Below are positions 37,270 through 49,702 of a DNA stretch of 64,000 nucleotides, piece after piece. The stretch spans positions 72,788,001 to 72,852,000 of the forward strand of contig OZ024742.1 of NCBI GenBank assembly GCA_964016885.1, read 5' to 3'. Source of the DNA: Eledone cirrhosa (Eukaryota). The notes under the pieces were generated by a model. It did no database searches and was not told the DNA's origin. It worked only from the letters and a program-made list of their open reading frames with translations. Each line of letters begins with the position of its first letter. Positions within the stretch are counted from its first letter, which is position 1. The translations under genes and the position numbers were made by a program.

Positions 37270-39298
37270 CAACAAGCTTAAACATTTTTATAACAGATAT
37301 AAAGCACTCAACTGATTAGTGGAGTAAATACACAATATATTAATAAATGGAAACTATATTTATAAAATCATATTTATTTTATTATACATATTTCAAGGGC
37401 CACCAAGGCAAATTATGGTGTGCTTTCATCAGATAAAATACAGATTTGTTTTATAAATAAATATTGACATACCCGGAAAAAAAGACAACCTTAACGTTTG
37501 GAGCTTCCTGGATAGTGGAGATATTACATTTATTGAGGGTGATAGAAAATTATGAGTGAGTATGCAAATGAGTGTCCGAAAGGTTGAAAAGATAATGGTT
37601 TATTTAAATTAAACTGTTGGAAGAAGGTGATATGTGAGGGAGAGAGAAAAAAAAAAAAGAAGAAAGAATGGAGAAAGATAGAAGAGGAAAGAAAGAACGA
37701 ATTATATATATTGACAGTGAAAATAGCGTGCATGAAGAGAAGAGTTTCAAAGGATAAATACAGCGTAAGTATATTTACGTGAGGGAAGAAATGAAGAAAT
37801 GAGAATAACGTGGAAGAATAATATTTAAAATGCAGGATTCATTATGTTTTGATTATAATATTTATACTGATAGGTTGAAAAATTAGATTAAAATTAAAAT
37901 TAAAAAATTAAAAAATTAAAAAATTAAAAAATTAAAAAATTAGAAATCAAAATTAAAGATTAAAATTTACCTTAATATTAAAGATTTAATTTAATAATTT
38001 AATAATTAGTTTAAATGTGTATGTTAAGGATTATAAATTATTTAAATAAATATATATTATTTTACATTAGAGCAAATCTAGTATAGTTTATTTTATTAAA
38101 AGTTGTAAGTCAAAAATTTTAAACATCCAAATAATTCTAAATTTATGGAAAATTTTCGAGAGTTTACAAAAGAATAACCACTTAGTTATATTATAAAAAC
38201 AGTAAGGAAGTGTAAAGGAAGTTAGAAGTGATTTTTTAAGAACTCAGATGACTCTAAGGATTGAATGCTATAAAGTTAAGAAGTTAAACATTTGTTATTT
38301 TATACAAAGTCATAAATTTACTTGCTATAAAGTTAAAACATTTAAAAAAATTTATCTTAAGAATATATTTAAAGCATAAACCATAGGTTACTCCACATAT
38401 CATCATCATCGTTTAACGTCCATCTTCCACGCTTGCATGGGTTTGGACGTTTCCACATATATATAAACATTTGGATATATATATTAAAAACGTTTGAAAA
38501 TATAAGAATATAAAAATATAACAATATAAAAATATTGGAAGGTATGAAAATAATGGTTTTTCTATATCTTTCAAGGAATTTTCAAAAGATTTTCTTAAAA
38601 CTTTCCGTAAGTTTTTCAAGAAAAAATTTTCCTTAAAGGAGTTTCAAGCAGTCATATAAAGGAATTTTATAATCTATCGATAGGTGTAATAATATATATG
38701 TGAAATAGAGATAATAGAAAGTAAATTAAGTATATGAATCATATATAGATATAGAAGACATTATGTAAAAGAGATAAATCGTATATTACATTTTATATAT
38801 ATATTTAAAAGTTGAATTTAAACGATGTTTGCAGGAACTGAATAAATTATTTCGTAAATTAATAGAGTTCTTACTTTTTAGTATAAAGAATATTTCTTCG
38901 ACACAAAGGGAACAATTTTGGGATAAAGCAGTGTATGAAGGAGCTTTGGAAATAATTTTCCAAAGTAAAGAATAGTTAATGTTCTTGGATTTCAAGTCCC
39001 ATAATAAGTTAGATAAAGAAGTTGAAGATTTTTTACCAATATTCGTAAAAGAACATTTATGGTTATTAAAACGGGATTTTAAGTCTGTGGAAGTAGAGCC
39101 GACATAGTTAAAGGAGTTTTCATTTGTTTTGACATTACAATTGTATACTATATTTTTAACTAAACAATTATTATTTAGAGGACAGTTAGATTTATTTCTA
39201 CAATTACATTTATCTAAATTTATATTATTGGGAGCTGTAACATTATATTGGATATTGCTAGGGGTATTAAACTTTGAAAAACTAAATACTGAAGCTTC
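37270..39298 (-). mobile_element. 5'-truncated Penelope-like element of a second clade (Naiad-like), GIY-YIG domain plus long AT-rich 3' region
   Basis: open frame 39298-38786: CNCRNKSNCPLNNNCLVKNIVYNC...YVGSTSTDLKSRFNNH...STSLSNLLWDLK...WKII...CSLCVEE...INLRNNLFSSCKH; hammerhead near the distal end. Clade assignment is from remembered motif patterns. Confidence 0.8.
37375..37440 (-). ncRNA. hammerhead ribozyme (family 2)
   Basis: TATTTTAT CTGATGA [AAG..CACCA loop TGGTG..CTT] GAAA TATGTA TA ATAAAATA; perfect 8-bp stem I. Confidence 0.7.
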
Positions 39299-39816
39299 TT
39301 ATATAATGCAGGAATTAGGCATTGAAAATAGGACTCAACCCTTCATACCTAGGAAACCACATTGATTAGGCGTGTGGAATATTTAGCAGGTGAGAGCAGG
39401 GTATTAAGGAAAGGGAGAGTGAATAGGGATCAGGGTGGGGTAGGGTGGTGGAGAGAGGATTGTTGCAGACTTGTGTGTCCCCTACATGTTTGTTTCATTT
39501 CATTTTGTGCACATGGAAAGGCGGGTCTTCTGTAGTACAGCATGACGTCAGAGATCTTGATCCTGTATCATCTCCTTTGTGAGGTTTAATTGGGCAAGAG
39601 TAGTTTTTATCACTTCATCCTGAATTTTCCTAACTATTCCTCTTCCATAGTTACAATCATCTTTGAGTGCCCTGCACCTTTTATACAGCTATCATCCTCC
39701 AAATGCATCACATGTTCAAACCACCGCAATCTCCTCTCCTGTACGCTACATCTAACCCCTCTTATGCCTAGTTTCTCTCTCAGTTCACTGATGCTTTGTC
39801 ATTCATGCGCAACATA

Positions 39817-40920
39817 TATTGGGCTGGCCAAAAAGTCTATTCGATTTTCTATATGAAAATGAAACACAGTTTTAAACCCAAAGCAATTTATTCAATCAAT
39901 GACATATTTGCCATTTCATTCTGCCATCTGCTAGGTAGATCCATTTTTTCCTGTTCAAATAATTTCTTGTTTTTACTGGTGAAGAACCCTTCCAAATTAA
40001 TTTTTACATCTTCTGAAATATTGAAGGTCTGTCTATTCGAAGAATTTTGAAGAGACCGAAACAGGTGGAAATCTGAAGGGGCAAGGTTGGAAAATATGGA
40101 GGGTGAGGCAAAAACTTCTCAGTCAAGCCCTAGTAATTTTTGCCACGTCTGTAAAGAAGTCTGTGGTCTGGCATTGTCTTGATGAAAGGCAATACCCTTT
40201 CAATTAGCAAGTTCTAGAACGCATCTGGTGGATTGCTATGTTTAATTTATGCAGCTGGTCATAGTACACATCCGAATTGATGGTCCTGCTTGTGGGAAGA
40301 AGCTTGTAAAAGACGACACCCTTCTAATTCCACTAAATTGAAAGCATAATCTTCTTTTGGTGAAGTCCTGCTTTGGAGGTTGTTTGTGGTGGTTCATTAC
40401 AATTGCCCCATGATTATTTTCATTTCACATTGTTATATATGATCTATTTTTCGTCTCCTGTTACCATTTTCTTCAAAAAGGGATCGTTTTCTTCATGTTT
40501 AAGCAAGGAATCACAAACGGAAATCCATTGGGTGAGGTTGGCTTCATTCAATTCATGGAGAACCCAAACATCGAGCCTGCTGATGTAACCAAGTTTATGT
40601 ATATGGTTTTCAACACTTGATTTAGCTATTTGGAGTATATTTGTGATCTCCCTGGTTGTAAGACAGGAGTTAGTGTCAACTAACTCCTTCATTTGGTTTC
40701 TGTTATCCACAGTTGGCAATCCAGAGCAAGGTGTATTTTGAATTGAAAAATTTCCCGATTGAAATCTTAAAAACCACTTCTGTCATACACGTTCTGTAAC
40801 AGCATCCTCTCCATACACAGCGCATACGTTTCTGCAAGTTTCTAATACTTTCTTACCTTTTTTAAAATAAAAAAGCACAATGTGTTGATAATGTTCATTT
40901 TGGTTCTCCATTTTGAGGGT
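39817..40920 (-). mobile_element. mariner (DD34D-type) transposase relic
   Basis: WVLHELNE, DPFLKKMVTGDEK, LAPSDFHLFRSL; one TIR-like end TATTGGGCTGGCCAAAAAGT; stops and frameshifts. Confidence 0.85.
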
Positions 40921-41089
40921 TAAGATAAACACACAAAATACAACCAATCTTGTCAGAGTTTTGCTATAAACTACTTTGAAGTATCAAGTATCTAACAAGT
41001 GCATACTTGAAAGGAAAAAAGTAAAATAAAAAATAACATGACATAAGAGGACTATACGCTCACAATACTATACATACAGCACATCTTAC

Positions 41090-41155
41090 CTGGTATTCTG
41101 CCATTAAAGACACTGATTCTGTGCCCTTCATAGTCTTGTAAGAATCTCTAGCCAC
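41090..41155 (-). CDS. DUF389-family protein exon
   Basis: tacag|GTGGCT...TACCAG|gtaaga; 66 bp VARDSYKTMKGTESVSLMAEYQ. Confidence 0.83.
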
Positions 41156-41864
41156 CTGTAACAGAGAAAAAGACTGCTATATGACAACAATAAACAACAT
41201 CAATGAAATAAAATCTACTTGATCTACAAATCAGCTACTAATATACATAAGAAGGGTTGAAGATTTAGGAACCAATATGGTTGTCTGATTATCAGCTAAG
41301 AGTTCATATCCTGTTGTCCTCATTGTCATTGTATGCAGATATGAATGTATGTATATATATATACACACACTCATACATTTGGATTTGCAAACATGAGAAA
41401 AAAGTACTCAGTAGTAAAGTAGAGTATAATGTTTATTTATGATATTATTAAGATTACTCTCTGTTGCAACTCAGTAATCATAGCAGAGAGTAATTACAGA
41501 AATATAATATAATGAATATAATATATATCATCATTATTTTTATTTTTACTCTGCCAAGCTGACATAGACTAGATGGGAACTTTTGAGGCATTATTTTACA
41601 GCCAGATGTCCTACTGATAGCATCCCATTTTGTTGCCTCATACAGCATGCGGAGATACAGTGCACCTATTCTAAACACACACGCACACACACATACACAT
41701 CAGTGCCTTAGGATACCACTGTGAGTTCAAGCACAGACCCGAACTCCAAAGAAAGAAATCTAACTGTAAAAGGTACACATGAGGTGACATAAATTTTATA
41801 GGACACAGAAAAAGCAAACTGTCTGTGTGGGCAGTTACTCTAAATAAGGAAATAAAGAACTTAC

Positions 41865-41930
41865 TCGAATATCGTACTCCCAAAATTCTGACAATGCATC
41901 AGTTGAAGCCAGTGGCACAACTTCTTTAAT
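41865..41930 (-). CDS. DUF389-family protein exon
   Basis: tgaag|ATTAAA...ATTCGA|gtaagt; 66 bp IKEVVPLASTDALSEFWEYDIR. Confidence 0.85.
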
Positions 41931-41999
41931 CTTCAAAGAAGACAGAAGAAAATTTAAGTAAGTTGAAAAATAAACAACACATACAAAGAAAAAAAACCT

Positions 42000-42655
42000 T
42001 CTTCTTCTTATTCACTTATTCCTGGGAGGGTCATGGGGGAAGAGTCCTCAAACACTCCCTTCAGCAGGTCCTGTCAGAAGCAACCATCTACACTGATCTG
42101 GCTGGATCTCCAAATGAGACCAGCCATGCTCATATATGTTATCCAACCATCTTGCTCGGGATCTACCTATGGGTCTCCTGCCGGTTGGTTTTGCCCATAA
42201 AATCTGTCCAGTGATTCTTTCCTGAGACTGTCTAACCACATGCCCATAGTATTGAAGCTGTGATCTCTCAATTAGGAGAAGTAGTGGCTCTACCTGAAGT
42301 GACTCTTTGATCTCCAAGCTACACACTCTTTCAAGTAATGTCTTTTCAAAGACTCTTCGGGGGAACTCCATTTTGGCAGCTTGTATTTGTGATCATATTC
42401 TTTTGGTCATTATCTAAGATTCATGACCACAGGTAAGGGTTGGCCCGAATACCAAATTGAAGATAGCGACTTTGGCTTTTACACCTACCTCTCTTCTTCT
42501 GATTACCGAATGCTAAAGATGGCACATTACTGCTCAAGTTCCTGCAATTCTTACACTTAATTTAGCTTCCTGCCTTCCATCACTTGTGAACACAGCTTGA
42601 AGTTACTTGAACTTCTCCATCTGCTTCAGTGGAACTCCACTCACATTTAGAGTAA
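42000..42655 (-). mobile_element. old RTE-type LINE 3' fragment (different family)
   Basis: LKQMEKFK, IERSQLQYYGHV, PTGRRPIGRSRARW; (GAA)n-like tail. Confidence 0.75.
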
Positions 42656-43718
42656 TCAAGAATTTGGAGGTATATAATAATATAACTAACTTTCTCATTA
42701 TGTAATTAGTATTATAAACACAATTTAAAGGTTATTATATAAAATTATAATGACAGGTTTTTAGATAAATATAAACACTTTAAAACAAACAATTTTGTAT
42801 CATAAAACCAGGGGTGGTTTTAGGCAGTTTGGCATCACAAGCATGAAATTAAATGCCCATTAAATAGAAACACATTGGGTTCCACAAATAAAAGGTATGT
42901 TGTGATATTAGCATCTGTATTGTGGTCAAATAAATTCATAAACTATATTATTGAAACACCACAAAGTATTTCCATCTGGTTACACAGAGAAAGATAGATA
43001 CATGGGGTACAACAAATTTTAATTTACTTGGTTATAGAATGTTCTATGATGGTGTCCTGATGAGGCGAGTACAGATCACTTTTTAAATAAGTCTGTCCCA
43101 GGCGGAAGAATCTGCTCTAAACTGATAGATAGCAGCATCAATTGTGGTTTCACAATGAATATGTACACGGACAAGGAATTGGGTACTCTACTCATGTATA
43201 AGTGTCCAAAAGCATCTCTCAATAAAACAGTAGCTATGTTGGAAATGACAGATCTGCAACCTCTTCAGAAAAGGGACATCATTGAATTGAATATAGTGAA
43301 CATCTGAAGATTGCTTTAGTTTTTTTGCTTGGCATTAGACTTAAGTCACTGCCTATGATTTTCAAATAATTTCAAAAATAATCCAGAATTTGGAGAGCTT
43401 TAGTAAAATAACAAACTTTCTCATTATTTATCTGGTGTTTGAAATATAACTTAAAATATGTTCTTACAGAAAAGTATGATGGAAAGGTTTTAGAAAAACA
43501 TGAACACTTTAAAACAAACAATTTTGTATTTTAGAACCAGAAGTGGTTTCAGGCAGTTTGTTATCAACAGTGTTACAGTGTTTTCATAGAAGTGATATTT
43601 ACTATTATAGTGGGTGGTCAAATACTGCCATATTGGACAAAAAAACAACAGAGGAATGGAGGGAGAGACAAAGCCTGTGGAATCAAATGAAATCAACAGA
43701 TCTGTTGTTTTTTTTTAC

Positions 43719-43889
43719 CTTCAACATGATAATACCAACGAGGAATATACAGATAATATTAAGTAGTGTGAGCAGGAGACTGATGGTTCCCATGATTCCC
43801 ATCTCTTTGGCCATGTCACAGCTGTACATTGGTTTATAAGCATTGTCTCGGAATGGTAGGCACTGGAGAGTGTTCTCATTTACTGAAAC
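43719..43889 (-). CDS. DUF389-family membrane protein exon (last TM helix)
   Basis: tgaag|GTTTCA...TTGAAG|gtaaaa; 171 bp VSVNENTLQCLPFRDNAYKPMYSCDMAKEMGIMGTISLLLTLLNIICIFLVGIIMLK. Confidence 0.85.
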
Positions 43890-44100
43890 CTTCAAGAAAC
43901 AAACAAGAAAAAATATGAGATTAAAGAAAGCTTTTTCAATAGACACAGATATGGCTGTGTAGTTAAGGAATTCACTTGATAGCAATGTGGTTTTAGGTTA
44001 AGCCCTATAGTGTAGCAGCACCTTTGACAAGTGTTATCATCTAATATAGCCTCAGGTTGACCAATGTATTGTGAGTTAAATATGGTAAATGGAAACTATA

Positions 44101-44395
44101 AACAATAGACAGCACACAAAACAAGATGGTGTAGGACAGAACAAAGGAGAAACACAAAATAACAAATTAGTCACTGAGGAAGTCACAGAATGTGTGATGA
44201 AAGAGCTTTGACAAAAAATAAACAACCATCTGATTATTAAACCAATCAACTGGAAATTTGTATTACATTGGAGTGAAAACTAACAGGCGTATGTGTTTTT
44301 ATTGGCAACATGACCCTCCCAAAGTATAACAATATCTGTTTCAATGCATGTTCTCAGATAAAAGATTTTGCAAAAGAAATACAAAAACGAAGGAT
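44101..44395 (+). mobile_element. solo pLTR of a related Penelope family, with hammerhead at 44170-44212
   Basis: homologous to 23860-24170; GTCA CTGAGGA a GTCACA gaatg TGTGAT GAAA G ag C TT TGAC; retains the MTLPKYNNICFN start. Confidence 0.8.
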
Positions 44396-45019
44396 ATTTG
44401 TATGTATGTATATATATTATGTCGGGTCACTCTTGAGTACAACCTGTCGCATGGTCAGGTTGTCGGCGACTAAACCGGCAACCCCACCAAGTTCACTTGG
44501 TGAGGAGGGTGATTTAGGACACCCTGCAGGACAAAAAACAAAACCTGACAAAGGGTGGAAGAACTCATAAGAGTCAACGGCCATCCAAAAGTGTGTAAAT
44601 ATGTATATAAACATGTACATATGTATGTGTATATACATAGGTGCATGTGTGTGTATATGTGCGGGGACATAGAAATAGTCGGGCTGGACACCTGATCACG
44701 CGGTTAAACCACTGGGAGTGAAGGACCCCTAGCCTTTGTCAGACATTCTTCTAGGAGAAGGCAATTCAGGAAACTGGGATAACTCCAATATAAAACCTGC
44801 GGCTCAGTAGTTACTGATGATGTTGATCTTTTCTTCTTTTTGGGTTATAGCTACTGTCGCTCAGAGAGTGGGATTGGTTCAGTGCACAGTCTTTCCTCAC
44901 TTTAAAAAATATCTTCACGCACAGGCATTGCACGATAGAATTAATTAATAATTATTAATAATGGTATATCGTGTAATGGCCATACTCGATAACGAGGCGC
45001 AGCCATCATGTATATATAT

Positions 45020-45060
<41 letters not shown>

Positions 45061-45061
<1 letters not shown>

Positions 45062-46332
45062 CCAAACATGGAAGCATGGCCTAGAATCAAAAGGCCTTAA
45101 AATTAAATTGTCTAAGACTAAAGTTTTAATATGTAGGAAGGAAGATAGACACTGGTCCCATCTGGGAAATGGCCATGCTTAGTGTGTAGGAAAGGAGTAG
45201 GCAGAAACTCCATTTTATGTCCCAAATGCAAAGTATGGGTGCATAAAAGATGTAGTGGGATCACAGGTAAGCTAACTAAGAATATAGGTTGTATATGTGG
45301 CCGGTGCTCAAGTGCAATAAGTAGCAGCAAATGCCCACAGAATACTAGCTCATTCCATTGCCCAGATGGTTCTATAGAAATAGTGGACACCTTCTGTTAC
45401 CTGGGTGACAAAATCAGCAGTGGTGGAGGGTGCTCTGAAAGTACAGTAGCTAGAGTCAGAACGGGATGGAAAAAGTTCAGAGAGCTCATACCACTATTGG
45501 CCGCTAAAGGTTTCTCTCTAAAAATGAAAGGTAGGCTGCATGATGCCTGCATACGAACAGCGATGTTACATGGCAGTGAGACATGGGCATTGTGTGCAGA
45601 GGATCTACGCAGACTAGAGAGGAATGAAGCTTGCATGCTCCGTTGGATGTGTAATAGTAATATACGTGAACGGCAAAGCATAAATGAACTAAGTGAGAAA
45701 TTAGGAATAAGAGGGATCAGATGCTGTTTACTCGAGAGAAGACTATGTTGGTATGGTCACGTGATGTGCATGAAAGATGACAGCTGTATAAAAAAGTGCA
45801 GGGCGATAAAAATAGACAGTAGCCACGGAGTAGGCAGACCCAGAAAAACCTGGGACGACTTGATAAATTCCGACCTCACACACTTACACCTCTCCAAAAC
45901 AATGTCACTGGACTGAGATCTTTGGCGCTACACAGTAATACAGAAGACCCGCCTTGCCTAAGTACAAAGCGAAACCTACAGTCAGTAGGCACCTCTTAAC
46001 CAAAATACACCCCCGTCCCACTACCCCTACCCCATCCACACCACCCCTTTCGATGTAAAGCTATGTTGGTACCACAACATCCAGTCCGAAACAAATGAGG
46101 TCGTGTAAGTGTCACGACAAAAAAAACACACAGTCCATGCTGTAATGTGGCCGTGTAGGTAACACGGTAAAAACCTCCCAGTCCACACTGTAAACGTGGT
46201 TGGTGTTAGCCGTAGAAAACCCGCCAGACAGTCCTATACGAGCAAGACAACCAATCTTGCCTCAAGTGGGACAATTCCCGTCCAAACCCATGCTAGCGTG
46301 GAAGATGGACGTTAAACGATGATGATGATGAT
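45061..46332 (+). mobile_element. 5'-truncated RTE LINE
   Basis: post-RT region with PHD-like finger, 3' UTR, (GAT)n tail. Confidence 0.92.
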
Positions 46333-46510
46333 ACATACACATATACATATATATATATAATTATGCAAAAAGTACAATGAAGAAGTATATTAGTTTAACG
46401 CTTCAGACACTAATCCTTAATCAGAAAATAAAATGAATGAGAAATAAAAGATAGAGTGAGAAGAGGAAGGAACATTAAACAAATTTTGAGAAAAAGTGTA
46501 TTCAGCCATA

Positions 46511-46562
<52 letters not shown>

Positions 46563-46652
46563 GGAGGTGAGTTTTATTGTAGTACAATAAAGCATGTTGA
46601 TTTAAAACTGCACTATCCACAAGTGTTTTTTAGCCTTCATATCATGTTCTCC

Positions 46653-46723
46653 TGTTTTATCTGATGAAAACACAAATATTATTGCATGATGATGTTTGTT
46701 TTTGAAATGCGCATAATAAAATA
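46653..46723 (+). ncRNA. hammerhead ribozyme (family 2-like)
   Basis: TGTTTTAT CTGATGA AAACA CAAATATT loop GATGTTTG TTTTT GAAA TGCGCA TA ATAAAATA; palindromic stem III TGCGCA. Confidence 0.7.
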
Positions 46724-46889
46724 CATGGAACTCCTTTAACCATCTTTTGATCTTATATTATATATATATATATATCAAAAGTATAAAAAATAAAAAACTC
46801 ACAATAGTCCCTTATAATCAAAATAGGTAAAAGAAAAAAAATGTTCCCAGCCTTATGATATAATATATAATAAAGAGAGACAGATACAG

Positions 46890-47268
46890 ATATATACATA
46901 TATGTGTTCAAAAATCACAAGGGACGTTTAACCGCCAGATGAAGAAAATACTATCTAGGAATAATATGGTTTGCTAGACTCAATTAAAAGGATAAATTAA
47001 GAATTACAAACCGAATCATGATAACTATCACATCCAGACTGCTTTTTGTAGAACTGTTTTGCAAATAAGTGGAGAGTTACAAATCTTATTTGCAAAAAAA
47101 CAGTTCTACAAAAAGCAGTCTGGATGTGATAGTTATCATGATTTGGTTTGTAATTCTTAATTTATCCTTTTAATTGAGTCTAGCAAACCATATTATTCCT
47201 AGATAATATTTTCTTCACCTGGCGGTTAAACGTCCCTTGTGATTTTTGAACACATATATGTATATATA
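46890..47268. repeat. near-perfect fold-back palindrome, about 180-bp arms, 15-bp spacer
   Basis: 46890-47069 is the reverse complement of 47085-47268; TA-rich ends. Confidence 0.92.
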
Positions 47269-49627
47269 TTGGCGTCAAAATATATGTATATATATTGGCG
47301 TCAATATTTTGATGATTTTCACCAACTTCAAATCCTACGTAAATAAGGGGATAAAATATCTTGAGTGATTATTTCACAATGAAACACTTTTTTTCTACAT
47401 TTCCTATATTGTCAGGAGTTTTATTTATGTATTGCCTTGAGAACATTCCCACAGTTTTATTATTTGAACTTTTTAATACATAAATATTCCCTACACATAA
47501 ATACATACATGCAGGCACCTCGTACATAAACACATGTGCACCGACTGTTTTAATCTGTAACTTACATAATTATACTTTTTATTTTAATCTTATTTCATTA
47601 CGCTCTCTCTCCCTCACTTCTAAAGTCATTGTGTAGTGGATTTGTGAAACAAAAACTATACTCTAAATGACACTTAAAACGTTTTAAATATCAAAATATT
47701 AAAACTTCATAGTTGGTTGATTCAAATGCTTATAGTATATTTATAAGTGGAAAGATCATTGTGAAAATTGACAGTAAACTAAAGTCATTCGATATTTAAT
47801 GTAAGCATGAAAAAATTCACACAAGATGATGATAATGCAGTCATAGTGTTGTTTTGTACTTTCCAAGAACATCTTACTAATGCAGTTTCATATTGGACAG
47901 GACATTATGAGTTAAAATACTTTTTTTACTTCAATAGTTACTGGAGATATCAGAGTGGACACTAAAGTAAACCTATCACATAAACTAACAAGACCAAACA
48001 GTGGCACCTAATTTGGGGGTGGTAAGTTATGTTGGAATGCTTAAGGAATTTTTTTTTGTTTTTTCATTTTTTTTTTAATTGTTTAGTAAGGGAGGAAAGG
48101 GCAGTGCCTGTGACCTTTTTCAGGGCCTCCAAGATTGGTAATAGAGAGGAAAGTATCCTTGAAATGAAAATTTGATCTGAATGCTTGTAACAGAATGGAT
48201 ACCATTAAAAGCACCCTTAAACAAGGTGGTGGTGTTAAACTAGACAGTGGACCAAGTTGTAGCAAGCTACTTTCCTGGGCGCATGGATACATTCTCCATA
48301 CGTTGTTTGGCTCAGTTCAGCCAATCGCTACCAGCGTAGAGAGATGTATCTCAACTTCCACCCAGAGGGAAAAATTCCCGCTTCTTTTCGATAAATTTTC
48401 TCTTTGCATCTAGATCCCGACAAGGTAACAACCTCTTGATTTCGTTCCTCAAGCATAGACAATATGTAGCAACAAATATCTAATTTGTCTATTCATTTCT
48501 TATGGCATGCCAGCTAAACCTTTGTAATCAGTTTGTAAATAAATTATATATAAAAACATTATAACGTTGTATGATGTTGTTTACCACAACATTGTTTTTA
48601 ACTGCTTCAATGGTGACTTCTGTGATACAATACACAAATACATGTATTCTCAACACATACATATATATCATCTATTAACATCTTCTAATTCACCACCTTC
48701 TAAAGTCTACCACCCAAGTAGGCCACATCAAGGTTTGGACTCAGAATACAAAGAGCTAAAACAAATACAGCAAAACATCTTATCTGATACTCTAACACCA
48801 CAATGGATTGGCACTTTTTATTTTATCAACCCTGAAAGGATGAAAAGTAAAGTTGACCATAGTATGATTTGAACTCAGAGTGCAGAGAGCTAGAAGAAAC
48901 ACCGCAATAAAATGTATCCAGTCCATTCATTAAATAGTTGGTAGAAAGGACTCTTCAGTCTATCTGAGCACATTATAACCTCTCTATCACTATAAGATGC
49001 ACCCAGTATACTCTGTAAAATGGTTGGTGTTAGGAAAGTCATCCAGCCGTAGAAACCAAGCCAAATGGACAGGTAATTTTTATTTTATCAACACTGAAAG
49101 GACGAAAGGCAAAGTTGACTTCAGCATGATTTGAACTCATGATTTCAGTGTTGAGAGCCAGAAAAAATGCCACAAAGTTTCTATCCTATGTTCTAACAGC
49201 TCTGCAACTGCCAATACCCTTAGTGTTGTTGCCACAATAAAATACACCCACTCCACTCTGTTATGTGGTTGGTGATTGAATGGAGAATATTACAGGCTAG
49301 AAAGGACTCCAGTCTATCCGAGCACTTGACAACCTCTCTATTGCTGGTGCTACAATAAAATGCACCTAGAACACTTAGTAATGTAGTGTTCATTAGGAAA
49401 GGCATCCAGCCATAGAAACCAAGGCAAATATGGAATGTAAGGGCAAGACATGGTTATCTGACCTGTCATGACAACCTCATCTGACTGTGACAAACTGTCC
49501 ATCCCATGCTAGCACAGAAAATGAATGTAAAAGGAAGATGATGATGATGATGATGATGTATAAAAGAACATTGATCCAGTAAATAAAGGTAGATAACTAG
49601 AGAAAGCCAATAGATTAAAGTACTTAC

Positions 49628-49702
49628 AACAGTAGTATTATTACGTGCAGTTGTCTCTGGAGGACTGATGACCGAAAGTAAAGAAAATGACCACAACATT
49701 CC
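49628..49702 (-). CDS. DUF389-family membrane protein exon
   Basis: tccag|GGAATG...ACTGTT|gtaagt; 75 bp GMLWSFSLLSVISPPETTARNNTTV. Confidence 0.85.

Noticed and set aside
38786-39298. Selenocysteine recoding in the Naiad-like fragment
   Set aside because: No in-frame TGA in the visible frame.
43050-43115. Hammerhead at CTGATGAG
   Set aside because: Second box reads GGAA/GAAG and no stem I or III could be formed; the same applies to the CTGATGA at 26552.
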